DNA of 60,448 nt from an archaeon ADurb.Bin336 (GCA_002068885.1 MWBC01000001.1:1-60448), one strand, 5' to 3'; positions 8,564 to 18,241 are shown, numbered from the stretch's first letter. Made by a program: numbers and translations. Notes: generated from the letters alone by a model not told the origin.

Positions 8564-8887
8564 TTACCTTCTAGTATATTTATATCTTAATTGAGAACTA
8601 GCACTTTTTTCTTTTTCTTCTTCTCTTGGTTGTTGATCAGTGAAAGGAATTTCTCTGCTTGAAACAATTATTATATCCTTAACTGATTTTACATTTCTAT
8701 ATGGAATACTTTTTTCAGCTAATATTTTTTTAGCATCAGATTTTGTTTTAACTTTCAAAGGTTCAGTTGTGATAGTTTCTAATTTTCCTTTTTCAAGGTT
8801 GATAATTATATCATAAACCTTTCCTTTATATCCTGCCTCAAAATCATAAACATCCATACCAAAAAGTTTTGATAATTTAATACTCAT
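8564..8887 (-). CDS. PRC-barrel domain protein
   Basis: LFGMDVYDFEAGYKGKVYDIIINLEKGKLETI..IPYRNVKSVKDIIIV is a typical PRC-barrel pattern. AGGGAGGA SD lies upstream. Confidence 0.75.
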   Translation of the reverse strand: MSIKLSKLFGMDVYDFEAGYKGKVYDIIINLEKGKLETITTEPLKVKTKSDAKKILAEKSIPYRNVKSVKDIIIVSSREIPFTDQQPREEEKEKSASSQLRYKYTRR

Positions 8888-9036
8888 AATTAATCCTCCC
8901 TTTAATTATTACTAAGCTAAGAAAGACTATGAAGTATTTAAATCTATTCTTAAAAATAAAAAAAAGGAATTTGGTTTGAAAAACAAACAATAATACTTAT
9001 ACATAATTTTAATTGTTTTTTGTTTTTAAAAAGATA

Positions 9037-9067
9037 ATTATTAGTGGAAGAAAGGGGGGGTTGGGAT
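9037..9067 (+). repeat. Inverted repeat, right copy (ATTATTAGTGGAAGAAAGGGGGGGTTGGGAT)
   Basis: Reverse-complement partner of 8304-8332. It ends 2 nt before the recombinase stop codon (9070-9072). Confidence 0.7.
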
Positions 9068-9069
9068 AA

Positions 9070-10002
9070 TTATAATTTATCAAGTGGACTTTGAATTTTT
9101 TTTAATTGTTGATTTGCAACATTAGTATAAATTTGAGTGGTATTTAAGTTAGAGTGTCCTAAAAGAGCTTGAATATATCTAATATTTGTTCCTGTTTCAA
9201 GTAAGTGTGTTGCATAAGAGTGTCTAAAACAATGAGGAGTAACTTTTTTTGTAAAACCTGCTTTTTTTGCAGTTTCTCTTACTATTCTTTGTATAGTGTC
9301 AGTATTAATAGGTTTTCCATTTTTTTTTGAAAAAACAAATTCTGATTTAATCTTTTTTTTATTTAAATATTTTTTAATTCCATGAATCCATTCTTTTGAA
9401 AGAATAATTATTCTATCTTTATTTCCTTTTCCTCCTCTAATTATTGCTGTTCTTTCTTTTAGATTAAGATCCTCTACTTTAATTTTAGTAACTTCACTAA
9501 CTCTGCAACCCGAACCATACATAAATTGTAACATTAATCTATTTCTCCCGAATTTTGTCTTACTAAAAAGTTCTTTTATTTCATTTCTAGTTAAAACCTT
9601 TGGAAGAGTTTTTGCTTTTTTTGGAATTTTAATATCTTCAAGCAAAAAAAGAACTTTATTTTTTTTAAATAAATATTTTAAAGCAGCGTGAATTAAAGAA
9701 AGAGTTGCATTATCACAACCAGTTTCTTTTTTATAAGCTAAAAAAGCAAGAATATCATTCTTTGTTAAATCCTTTATTTCTTTTTTTATATATTTAAAAA
9801 AATCACTTATGTAAATTAAATACATTTTAATTGTTTTTGAGGAATAACCCTCTACAATCAATTCTTGTTTTATTTGAACAACAATATTATCCCAAAATTC
9901 TTTTTCTTGTAAATTATTTTTGTTTAAAAGTTCATTATTAAAGGAAGAATTAGGGGTATCTATTATTTTTGTTTCAATTCCTTGATTTAAATTATCCTGC
10001 AT
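9070..10002 (-). CDS. xerA: Tyrosine recombinase (XerA/XerC/XerD family)
   Basis: C-terminal catalytic region GSGCRVSEV.., HCFRHSYATHLLETGTNIRYIQALLGHSNLNTTQIYTNV (R..HxxR..Y). The SAM-like N-domain is preceded by a roughly 45-aa N/Q-rich extension. Confidence 0.88.
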   Translation of the reverse strand: MQDNLNQGIETKIIDTPNSSFNNELLNKNNLQEKEFWDNIVVQIKQELIVEGYSSKTIKMYLIYISDFFKYIKKEIKDLTKNDILAFLAYKKETGCDNATLSLIHAALKYLFKKNKVLFLLEDIKIPKKAKTLPKVLTRNEIKELFSKTKFGRNRLMLQFMYGSGCRVSEVTKIKVEDLNLKERTAIIRGGKGNKDRIIILSKEWIHGIKKYLNKKKIKSEFVFSKKNGKPINTDTIQRIVRETAKKAGFTKKVTPHCFRHSYATHLLETGTNIRYIQALLGHSNLNTTQIYTNVANQQLKKIQSPLDKL

Positions 10003-10105
10003 TTTGAATCAATATGTTATTTGATTTTTTTCTTTAAATAACTAACTCCTTTTTGTTTTTTTAAAAAAGTAAGGTTTTTAAACGAGAAAGGAATAGAATT
10101 AGTAT

Positions 10106-10354
10106 ATGCTTAGGAAACCAACTAAACCTCCAGTAGGAGCAAAGATGAAAGAAACCGCAGATATGATTGCGTGGAGAAAAGAATTTGAAAAAATGAAAAC
10201 AGAAGATCATTTAGATAAATTAAAAGAATTGGGTTTAGATGATGATGATTTGGATGAATTTAAAGAAATGAAAAAAGGAAAGAGAAAATTAGAAGATGGA
10301 TTTGGTATAGAAGAAGAACAAGAAAAAGTAGTAAAAAAGAAAGCAAAAAAATAA
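10106..10354 (+). CDS. Small charged hypothetical protein (82 aa)
   Basis: ORF only. K/E/D-rich. No family recognised. Confidence 0.4.
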   Translation: MLRKPTKPPVGAKMKETADMIAWRKEFEKMKTEDHLDKLKELGLDDDDLDEFKEMKKGKRKLEDGFGIEEEQEKVVKKKAKK

Positions 10355-10651
10355 AAAAATTATTTTTTAGTTGAATTATATTTCTATTTTTTATAATAAT
10401 AAAATGTTATTTTATTAATTTTTTTTGGATAAAATAATTATTTTAATTTAAAATTTAGTTATTTTAAAATATGTCCAAGAAATAAAGTATTATTTTATTT
10501 AAATTATTTATTTTTCAAAAAAATTTGCTAAAATAGCTCATTTTGTCGTTTTTATGCATTGTATTGTTATAAATAAGTTTATATATATCCTCAACACAAT
10601 TATATACTGGAGCTACTTTTTTAAGTTTCCTAATATAGAAAAGGTGAGTCT

Positions 10652-10858
10652 ATGAGTCATATATTGTTAAAGATGGATGTGGATGAGGAGATGAGATTAA
10701 ATCTTCTTTCACAAGAAATGAAAATGAGGTCAAAACAACCAGAAGCTTGGACAAAAACAAAATTTAGAAAGTACGCTAACTTTGGAAGAAATAGAAATAA
10801 AACAGCTGAAGAAATATTAAATGCAGAACCAAAGTCAAGTAAAGCTTTGAAGAAGTAA
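10652..10858 (+). CDS. Small basic hypothetical protein (68 aa)
   Basis: AAAAGGTGAG SD lies 6 nt upstream of the ATG. A perfect hairpin terminator overlaps the stop. Confidence 0.5.
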   Translation: MSHILLKMDVDEEMRLNLLSQEMKMRSKQPEAWTKTKFRKYANFGRNRNKTAEEILNAEPKSSKALKK

Positions 10859-10886
10859 AAACTTCTTCAACCTCTTTTTTCTTTTT
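10847..10886 (+). terminator. Hairpin TTGAAGAAGT-AAAA-ACTTCTTCAA followed by a T-rich run
   Basis: Perfect 10-bp stem read directly, followed by CCTCTTTTTTCTTTTT. Confidence 0.55.
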
Positions 10887-10916
10887 ATTTTAAAAATTAG
10901 TTTTTTTTAATTAAAA

Positions 10917-11207
10917 TTATTCTATTACTTCAAGAGTGCCTTTTCTCCCAGAACTTATTTGAATTCTTCCCTTATATTCACTAACCCACCCATTAGTAAT
11001 TTTTACTTTATCCCCATCATTAACTTTTTTGTGATCATCATTCCACAGGGTTAGCGAAACTTCTTCCCCATCCTCATCTTTCACCGCAGCATTACAAACA
11101 ACACCTTGTCCGCTTGCACTAGCAAAAGCTCTTGGTTCTCCCTTAGTTACAACCTCAACAATTATCTCATCAAATGTTGTATTTGGCTTCAAATCCTTTA
11201 TCTTCAT
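10917..11207 (-). CDS. ssb: Single-OB-fold ssDNA-binding protein (crenarchaeal-type SSB-like)
   Basis: IKDLKPNTTFDEIIVEVV.., DGEEVSLTLWNDDHKKVNDGDKVKITNGWVSEYKGRIQISSG parallels Sulfolobus SSB (LKPN..V.LTLWG....G..VKI.NAW...FKG..QL..G). It lacks the flexible C-terminal tail. Confidence 0.75.
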   Translation of the reverse strand: MKIKDLKPNTTFDEIIVEVVTKGEPRAFASASGQGVVCNAAVKDEDGEEVSLTLWNDDHKKVNDGDKVKITNGWVSEYKGRIQISSGRKGTLEVIE

Positions 11208-11342
11208 TAAAACACCTTACAATCAAAGAAATACAAAATAATTAAAAAAGAAGTTGTTGAAAAAAGTTTTTTTTTATATAAAATTTTTTGTACAAATTTG
11301 TTTCCTTTTTATTTATTTTCCTTGTATAAATACTTGATTTAA

Positions 11343-11969
11343 ATGGGTTTTTTGTTTTTAGATATAGAATCCTTCGTTGACCCAGAAGATGAAAAATCTG
11401 GATTAAATCCTTTTTGTAAAAATAGTAAAGTACTTGTAATCTCTTACAATTACTACTCCTTATCCACCGCACCAAAAGTGGGCCAAATAAAAGAACCTTC
11501 TTTTATTTTTGAGTGGGAAGAGGGTTCTGAAGAAAAATTATTAAAAAAATTTTATGAACTCCTGAAATCAATTGAAAAAAAAGAATTCAACAATGGAGAC
11601 GCTTTTTTGAAAATAGTTGGATTCAATCAATTAGCTTATGATTTAAATTATCTTTTTTGCAGAATGAGTTTTCACAACATTGCTCCACAAAAAGAACTAT
11701 TCAACCTCTTATTCACTAACTCCAAACACGTTGACTTGGCTCAATTAGGAATGGCTGTGTCTAATGCTACTAAGAGGGATGAAGATTTTAGAACAATTTC
11801 CCAAAAAGTAATAAATTCTTATTTTGAAATTCCTGTGAAAGAAGCAAACGGAAAAGATGTTTCAAAATTTTATTTGAAAAAGGAGTATGATAAAATAATA
11901 AAATATTGTACCGAAGAATTTACTTTTGAATTATTATATCAAAGCTTATTACAAACTTTTTTGCACTGA
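11343..11969 (+). CDS. RNase H-fold (DEDD-type) 3'-5' exonuclease-like protein
   Basis: FLFLDIES (Exo I, DxE) and GFNQLAYDLNYLF (Exo II-like). Weak family assignment. Confidence 0.45.
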   Translation: MGFLFLDIESFVDPEDEKSGLNPFCKNSKVLVISYNYYSLSTAPKVGQIKEPSFIFEWEEGSEEKLLKKFYELLKSIEKKEFNNGDAFLKIVGFNQLAYDLNYLFCRMSFHNIAPQKELFNLLFTNSKHVDLAQLGMAVSNATKRDEDFRTISQKVINSYFEIPVKEANGKDVSKFYLKKEYDKIIKYCTEEFTFELLYQSLLQTFLH

Positions 11970-12237
11970 TTTTTTTATAAAATACCTATTTTTTGATTAA
12001 ATAATTGAAAAAAAGAGTTGTTTGTAATTTCAAAAGGCAAAGTATTTAAACTTCAAAATCTTATTTTGAATGATGCCTTATGGTTGAAGAATCTTGCCAA
12101 AGAGAAGTTGATTTGTGTAAATCCCTTGATTCAAGAGGAAAGTGCTTGGGTGATGATTGTTTCGCTTTTTCTAAAAATTTGAAGTAAATTTTTTGGAAAA
12201 TAAGTGCTTTTTAAGTGTTTTTATATTACAATTTGTC

Positions 12238-12780
12238 ATGAATCTTTTAGTTACAGGCACTCCAGGGGTTGGAAAAACAAAGGTGGCTAAAGAATTATCA
12301 AAAATTTTGGGTTTGACTTGGATTAATGAGAAAGATTTTGCTCTAAAGAACAAAATTGGTTCTTTTAATGAGGATAATGAACTTGAAATTCCTGTAGATC
12401 AGTTAGAAAAAAAAGCTAATTCTTTTTTAAAAAATAAAAAAAACATTATTTTTGAGGGACACGTTTTTTGTGAAACTAAATTAAAAGTAGATCTTGTAAT
12501 AGTGTTAAAAGTTTCTCCAGAAGAACTTGAGAGTAGACTTTTGAGTAGAAATTATTCTCTTGTGAAAGTAATGGATAATGTTTTTTGTGAAGGAATAGAT
12601 TATTGTCTTAAGCACGCAAAAAAAAAATTTTCAAAGAAAAAAATTATTGTAATTAATTCAGATAATGATTATAGAATAACAGTTGCTAATTGTCTAGTTG
12701 AAATTGAAAATAAGGGTTGTTTAGAGGTAAAAAAAGGAAAAAAAGGATTACAAATGGTTTTAAAACCTGTTTTTAAATAA
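12238..12780 (+). CDS. Adenylate kinase-like NTPase (AK6/Fap7 homolog)
   Basis: MNLLVTGTPGVGKTKVAKELS P-loop at the N-terminus, about 180 aa. Start moved from TTG 12193 to ATG 12238. Confidence 0.65.
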   Translation: MNLLVTGTPGVGKTKVAKELSKILGLTWINEKDFALKNKIGSFNEDNELEIPVDQLEKKANSFLKNKKNIIFEGHVFCETKLKVDLVIVLKVSPEELESRLLSRNYSLVKVMDNVFCEGIDYCLKHAKKKFSKKKIIVINSDNDYRITVANCLVEIENKGCLEVKKGKKGLQMVLKPVFK

Positions 12781-12817
12781 AATAAATTATATTATTATTG
12801 AATTAGGAGTGGGGGTT

Positions 12818-13975
12818 ATGAAGAGATTATTATTTTTGTTTATTTCAGTATTATTTTTAGGCTCGGTTTTTGCTTTTACAGCCCCCCTAACAGATTTTGG
12901 TTTTAAAGAAATTAGTACAAGTGTTATGTCAGAAAAGAAGTGTGAAACAATTGTTTTGAATTTAAATGAATCTGATTTAAATAAAGAGGGAGTTGGATTA
13001 CTTTCATTAAATGCTTTTTTTGGAGGGGAAGATTTAGATAATACTTATATATCTGTTTCAATTAATGGCGAAGAAGAATTGCTTTTTTGGAAAGAATTTT
13101 TTTATTGTGGAAAAGAAGATTGTTGGGCTAGAATATATGTGCCACAAGTGGTGGAAGGAGAAACTAGTTTAAAGATTTGTGCAAGTTTAGGGGGTAATAC
13201 TTCAAACATGAAGGTTATTGAAAAATCTTTTTTTGGATTTTATGATATTCCTTTACTGAAAATAAGAAATGAAGCTCCTTCTCAAATATTTTTAGGAGAT
13301 AGAGCAAAAATGAGTATTATTGTTTCTAATGAAGGAACAGAACCTGCTTCAATTTATGTTCAATTTGTTCAACCAGATACCCGTGCAAAAGTAAATATTT
13401 CTAGTTTTGATATTGTTGAGGGGGATTCAAGCGCATCAACTTATTTAATGCCTGGTGAAACAAAAAAATTTGATTATTATATTAAACCCTCTTTGATTAG
13501 TTCTTATAATTTACCTTCAGCAGCATTGTTTTTTACAAATAATTTTGGAGAAGAACAAGTTTTGATTAGTAATCACCCTACCCTAAGTGTAGTTAAACCT
13601 AATAAATTAAATTTAGCTTTAATTGTTTCTGAGGAAGAAAATGAAAATAGGACTTTCAAAGTGATTATAAAAAATAATTCTGATTCTTCTTTTACTGGTG
13701 AATTAAGATTATATCCTCAAACAAAAGTAATTGACTCTGTAAAATCAGTGTTTGTTTCAGCAAGGGGAGAACAAGAAGTTTTTTTTGAATCAGTTTCTTT
13801 TGAAGGAAAAGAAAACTTTTTTGTTTCAATAATTGATGGTAATGAAATTTATTATTCAAATACTTTAGAAGTTGAAAATCATTCAAACAATTTTTCTTTT
13901 TTAGTGATAATAGCTGTTTGTGGTATATTAGCAGGGGGATTAATTTTTGCTTGGATTTATTATTCTAAAAAATAA
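12818..13975 (+). CDS. Secreted, C-terminally anchored surface protein (CARDB-like beta-sandwich repeats)
   Basis: Signal peptide MKRLLFLFISVLFLGSVFA, motifs like GDRAKMSIIVSNEGTEPA, C-terminal TM helix. AGGAGTGGGGG SD precedes ATG 12818. Confidence 0.6.
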   Translation: MKRLLFLFISVLFLGSVFAFTAPLTDFGFKEISTSVMSEKKCETIVLNLNESDLNKEGVGLLSLNAFFGGEDLDNTYISVSINGEEELLFWKEFFYCGKEDCWARIYVPQVVEGETSLKICASLGGNTSNMKVIEKSFFGFYDIPLLKIRNEAPSQIFLGDRAKMSIIVSNEGTEPASIYVQFVQPDTRAKVNISSFDIVEGDSSASTYLMPGETKKFDYYIKPSLISSYNLPSAALFFTNNFGEEQVLISNHPTLSVVKPNKLNLALIVSEEENENRTFKVIIKNNSDSSFTGELRLYPQTKVIDSVKSVFVSARGEQEVFFESVSFEGKENFFVSIIDGNEIYYSNTLEVENHSNNFSFLVIIAVCGILAGGLIFAWIYYSKK

Positions 13976-13986
13976 TTAACTTCTCT

Positions 13987-16900
13987 TTATTCAATTTTTT
14001 CCCACTCTTCGTTCAAAATTTTCTTTTTCTCATTTTCTTCTTTTTCTTTTTTTGAAAAATTATTTTTCAAAATTAAAGCAGTTATTATGATTATTAAAAT
14101 TGGGAGAAATACACCCAATCCTGTCAAATCAAGTGGACGTTGATTAGTATCTTTTAAAATAAGGTAAGCTTCAATAAAATTATTTTCATCAATTAATTTT
14201 TTTCCTTGTGAAAGAATTTCTTTTGAAGATTGATTATCAATAGCGTCATTAAATGAAGTAATTGCTTGACGTTTAACATTCTCATTCGCTAACCAAACTT
14301 CATCAAATAAAGGTTCGATTATTTTGAGTTTATTTTCAATTGAATCCTCTTTAATATTTAGTTCATTTAGTAAAAACCTAATTTTTTCAATTCTAGTTTG
14401 GGTCAAGGGGAGAATGAATTTTGATTTGAGTAATTCAGAATTATTTTTGAGTAAGTGTTCTTCAAAATAATTTAAATTTGTGTTACAATATTCTATATAA
14501 TAATTAAATTTTTTTTCTAATTCTTTTTGTTCAATATTTTTTGTTTTTTCAAGTTCTTTTAATTTTTTAATAAATAAATCATATTCTTCTTTTAGTTTTA
14601 AAAAAAGGTTGTTTGATTTACTAGCATCAAGATAAAAAATTTCTTCAAATTCTATTTTTGTTTCAAGAAAATTGTTTTTTATTGTTGTTAATTCTTCATC
14701 ATCAATTGTTTTTTTCAAAATATCCTTCCACATTTTTTCAACTTCGCTTTTTATTTTGTTATCACTGCTATAAACTAAATTAACCAAAGAGTCAAATGCT
14801 TTTGCAATAGATTTTTCATCATCCAATTTTTCATTTATAATAGTGTCAAGCGTTGTTTTGATTTTTTTGCTTTGAGAAATTAATCCAATCAAAAGAAGTT
14901 CTTCTTGTTTTTTTCTCAACTCTTCTATTTTTTCAAGTAATTTTTGTTTCATCAAAGCTAATTCTGTTTTTTCTTTTTCTTTGAGTTCAATTTTATTTAT
15001 TTCTTCAATGTTTGATTCAAAAACTTTTTTCATTAAATCTAATTTTTCGCTTTCTCTTGCTTTTCTAGTATTCTCCTCTTTTTCAACTAAATTTCTAGCA
15101 CTAAAAAAAGATTCTTGTCTCTCTAATCCTTCTTTATAATAATCAAGAGCATTACTAGTTTTTACCCAAATTTCATAATACAAAATCTCGTTTGCTTCCA
15201 TTGGTTGATTTTGCAAAACCACTTTTTCTTCAATTTTTTTGAATTCTTTTTTTGTATAATTATTTGAATAAATAATTATTTCTGCGCTGGTTGAGGGTAA
15301 AGAAATTATTAGAGTAGCATTAACTTTTGTTGAAAAATTATTTTTAGCTTGAACTTTATAAATTAAAGTTTCATCCAGATCAGTGGTTTTTGTTTCAACA
15401 AGTTCTTTTGAAATATTGATTCCGTTTTTTACGTAATAATTAACCTCTATTTTTGTATCTTCTTTTAGTTCTTCTATTAAAAAACTAGTGTGATTGTTTT
15501 CTTTAGAAGAAAGAATTTCTTTTGAATTTATTAAAACTAAAGTTAATGAATTGTCTTTTGGAATAAGGGTTTTTACCAAAACTTTTTTTGCTTGAATTTT
15601 TGGTTCAATAGTTATTTCTCTTTGCAAGAGACTTAATTCGTTTGAAGCATATTTAATAGAATCTTTTTCAGTTTGGTGCAAGGTGGTTTCTTCAAAGAAA
15701 GTTGCGATTGTTTTTCCTTTAGGTAAACAATTTAGTTTTAATAAATTATTTTGAATAGAATCAACACAATCATCTTTAGTAGCAAACAAATCAATTTTTT
15801 TATTTATTTTTAAATAAATTTCTTTATTTATTTCTTCAAAAGGATTTTCAATAACTATGATGTTTTCTGAATAATTAGGTTCATTTAGTAAAATAATTGA
15901 TTCATTTATTTTTTTGATTTGTATATTAGCTTCAACATAATTTATTGTTTCTTCTAAAATTGTTTTAGAAATGTTTTCGTTAAGGGTTTCTAATTTTTCC
16001 AGCAAAGTTTCTTTTATTAATCCAATTTTTTCAAATATTAGATTGTCTTCAAAAAAATATTCATCAAAGCTATTAATTGTTTTTTCAAATGAATTAATTT
16101 GAGTGAGTATTTTGTTGTTGTTAGAATAAAAATAAATTTTTTGTAGTTTGTTTAAATTATTTTTTGATTCTAAATATTCTGCTAATATTTTTTTGTAAAT
16201 ATTTTCTTCACTTAATTGTTTTTTTATTTTTTCTTGAATAGAATTACATTTTATTACAAACTCACCCATGTTTTCTTTAGTTATTTGACTTTCTTTTAAT
16301 TCTTCATATTCTATTTTTAATTCATAAAAGTTTTCTGTTTGAAAAATTTTTTCAATGAATATTAAACAATCTTTTGCAACTTCTTTTTTTTGTGATTCAA
16401 AAAGATTATAATCATTTATTGCTTGTGTTAATAATTCTTTTTTTTGTATTAATTCAGTGCAAGCAAGTAAACCTTCTCTCCCTGAAGTATTTTTAACTCT
16501 TGAAGAAAAATATTTTATTTCTTCTATTAATTGGTTTGTTTTTGTATTATAATTTTCTTTTTCAAAATCTTTTTTCCCTGCTTCTTTTTTACACGCTTCA
16601 ATTAATTTTTCTTCAAATCCTTTTTGATTAAATTCTAATTGAAATATTATTTCAGATAAATCTTCATCAATCAAAAAAAGTTTGTTTAATTCTTCTCCCT
16701 TATTTAAATTAGAATTAGTTTTTTTTTCTTTCAAATTAAGGTACTCTTTTTTAATTTCTTCAAGAACTTTTTTTAAATCACTATTAGTATTAATTGTTTT
16801 TAGTATTAATTTTTCTGAAATTATTGAAAATTCTTTCGTCTTATTCTCTGTTTCAATAAGTTCACTTGTTTTTGCAATTTTTTTGTTAGTTGTTATCCAA

Positions 16901-17820
16901 AGATTTTCAATTTTTTTATTCAATTCTTTTTCATTTTCACTAATTCTATTAATTAGGTCAGCAAATCTTTTTAATGCAGAATTATTATTCCCACCCAAAT
17001 CAGAGTATAATTTCATAAATTCATATATTGGAAAATTTTGTAGTGCAAGTAAACTCTGTTTTTTGTAGAATGCTGTTTCTGCCTCTTGAATTATAAAAGG
17101 AATTGCGTTTTGAATAAAAGGAAAATAAGATTTTTTCTCAATTCCTAATTCATCCAAAACAGTGTTATTAATAATATCTAAATGTTCTATCCAAAAAGGA
17201 CTTTTTTCAATCAAAACATCAAACCCTTTAGATGCACTTGATTTTGCAAAAGCATCCGCTTTTTTTGAATAATAAGAAACATAAGTATCTGAATTAGTTG
17301 CTCCATAGTTTAGTTCAGAAACAATTTGTCTTAACTCAATTAAATTCAAATAAATTTTTTCTTCTTTTATTTGATCAATCTCATTTTTCGTAAATTCATT
17401 CTCTTTTTTTGCTATTAAAACAAAACTTTTTTTCATTGCTTGGTCTAATTCAGCAAAAGAATCACTAATTAAGAATTGTGCTTGATTAATTGCTCCCGCA
17501 GCACCCACCGCATCCGAATCATTGCAATATTTAGTTATTTGTTTTTGCTCTAATAAAGCTTGGTTATAAAAATACCAACTTCTTGCAACATGATTTTTTA
17601 TTTCATACAAATAACTCTCATCAGCATAACTAAGATTTGTTTTGAATAAAGAATCCACTTTTTCAAAGCAAGAACTTTCAGTGGTACAATTTGGAATAAA
17701 TGCATAACTTTTTCCTGCGAATTTTATACAAAGATTCTTTTCACTCCGAGTCATTTCTGTACAACCAAAAAGAATTAGTGTTGTTAACAAAAGTAGTGCA
17801 ATAAAAAATTTTTTTCTCAT
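13987..17820 (-). CDS. Giant (1277 aa) coiled-coil surface lipoprotein with C-terminal TM anchor
   Basis: Lipobox-like signal MRKKFFIALLLLTTLILFGC, long K/E/N/I-rich helical body, C-terminal helix GVFLPILIIIITALIL. No enzymatic motif recognised. Confidence 0.75.
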   Translation of the reverse strand: MRKKFFIALLLLTTLILFGCTEMTRSEKNLCIKFAGKSYAFIPNCTTESSCFEKVDSLFKTNLSYADESYLYEIKNHVARSWYFYNQALLEQKQITKYCNDSDAVGAAGAINQAQFLISDSFAELDQAMKKSFVLIAKKENEFTKNEIDQIKEEKIYLNLIELRQIVSELNYGATNSDTYVSYYSKKADAFAKSSASKGFDVLIEKSPFWIEHLDIINNTVLDELGIEKKSYFPFIQNAIPFIIQEAETAFYKKQSLLALQNFPIYEFMKLYSDLGGNNNSALKRFADLINRISENEKELNKKIENLWITTNKKIAKTSELIETENKTKEFSIISEKLILKTINTNSDLKKVLEEIKKEYLNLKEKKTNSNLNKGEELNKLFLIDEDLSEIIFQLEFNQKGFEEKLIEACKKEAGKKDFEKENYNTKTNQLIEEIKYFSSRVKNTSGREGLLACTELIQKKELLTQAINDYNLFESQKKEVAKDCLIFIEKIFQTENFYELKIEYEELKESQITKENMGEFVIKCNSIQEKIKKQLSEENIYKKILAEYLESKNNLNKLQKIYFYSNNNKILTQINSFEKTINSFDEYFFEDNLIFEKIGLIKETLLEKLETLNENISKTILEETINYVEANIQIKKINESIILLNEPNYSENIIVIENPFEEINKEIYLKINKKIDLFATKDDCVDSIQNNLLKLNCLPKGKTIATFFEETTLHQTEKDSIKYASNELSLLQREITIEPKIQAKKVLVKTLIPKDNSLTLVLINSKEILSSKENNHTSFLIEELKEDTKIEVNYYVKNGINISKELVETKTTDLDETLIYKVQAKNNFSTKVNATLIISLPSTSAEIIIYSNNYTKKEFKKIEEKVVLQNQPMEANEILYYEIWVKTSNALDYYKEGLERQESFFSARNLVEKEENTRKARESEKLDLMKKVFESNIEEINKIELKEKEKTELALMKQKLLEKIEELRKKQEELLLIGLISQSKKIKTTLDTIINEKLDDEKSIAKAFDSLVNLVYSSDNKIKSEVEKMWKDILKKTIDDEELTTIKNNFLETKIEFEEIFYLDASKSNNLFLKLKEEYDLFIKKLKELEKTKNIEQKELEKKFNYYIEYCNTNLNYFEEHLLKNNSELLKSKFILPLTQTRIEKIRFLLNELNIKEDSIENKLKIIEPLFDEVWLANENVKRQAITSFNDAIDNQSSKEILSQGKKLIDENNFIEAYLILKDTNQRPLDLTGLGVFLPILIIIITALILKNNFSKKEKEENEKKKILNEEWEKIE

Positions 17821-17917
17821 AAAAGAGGTTCATTAATTTTTTGTTTAAAAATCTTTTTAGTTTTTCGACAATTGCCTTTAAGTTTTTTTATTATAATTTA
17901 ATTTGATTGGGTATTTC

Positions 17918-18241
17918 CTAGTAGTTTCCTTGCTTCTCTTGTACCCAATTCCTAGTTGCACATTTTTCACTCGCTGTTTTTGCTTGAGATCCTAATACAT
18001 AATAAAGACAATCATTCTCCTCGTTAAGCATATTATTAGTGTTCTTTATTGTTGTACAATCACTACTACTCATATCCACTATTATTGGATTAATAAAATA
18101 ATATTGCAAAAAAGCCCCTAGGATTATACCCAAAATTAAAACAAAAATAATTAACTTACTCTTCTTAAGAAGGCCTTTGGGCAAAATACTCTTCTCTTGA
18201 ATGAGGCCATCATACTCGTCATCAGGATCTTTCAAAGACAT
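17918..18241 (-). CDS. Small single-pass membrane protein with Cys-containing ectodomain
   Basis: TM helix IIFVLILGIILGAFLQYYF. Four Cys lie in the C-terminal 50 aa. Confidence 0.45.
   Translation of the reverse strand: MSLKDPDDEYDGLIQEKSILPKGLLKKSKLIIFVLILGIILGAFLQYYFINPIIVDMSSSDCTTIKNTNNMLNEENDCLYYVLGSQAKTASEKCATRNWVQEKQGNY

Noticed and set aside
6619-10002. Integrated mobile element inserted at tRNA-iMet, with the tyrosine recombinase as its integrase
   Set aside because: I found no duplicated copy of the tRNA 3' half (att site) anywhere downstream. The recombinase looks like a standard XerA-type enzyme. The cargo genes are few and not viral or plasmid-like.
12060-12170. C/D-box sRNA (ATGATGC at about 12069 and GTGATGA at about 12150)
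   Set aside because: No CUGA D or D' boxes at the required spacing. The two C-like boxes are about 80 nt apart and there is no terminal stem.
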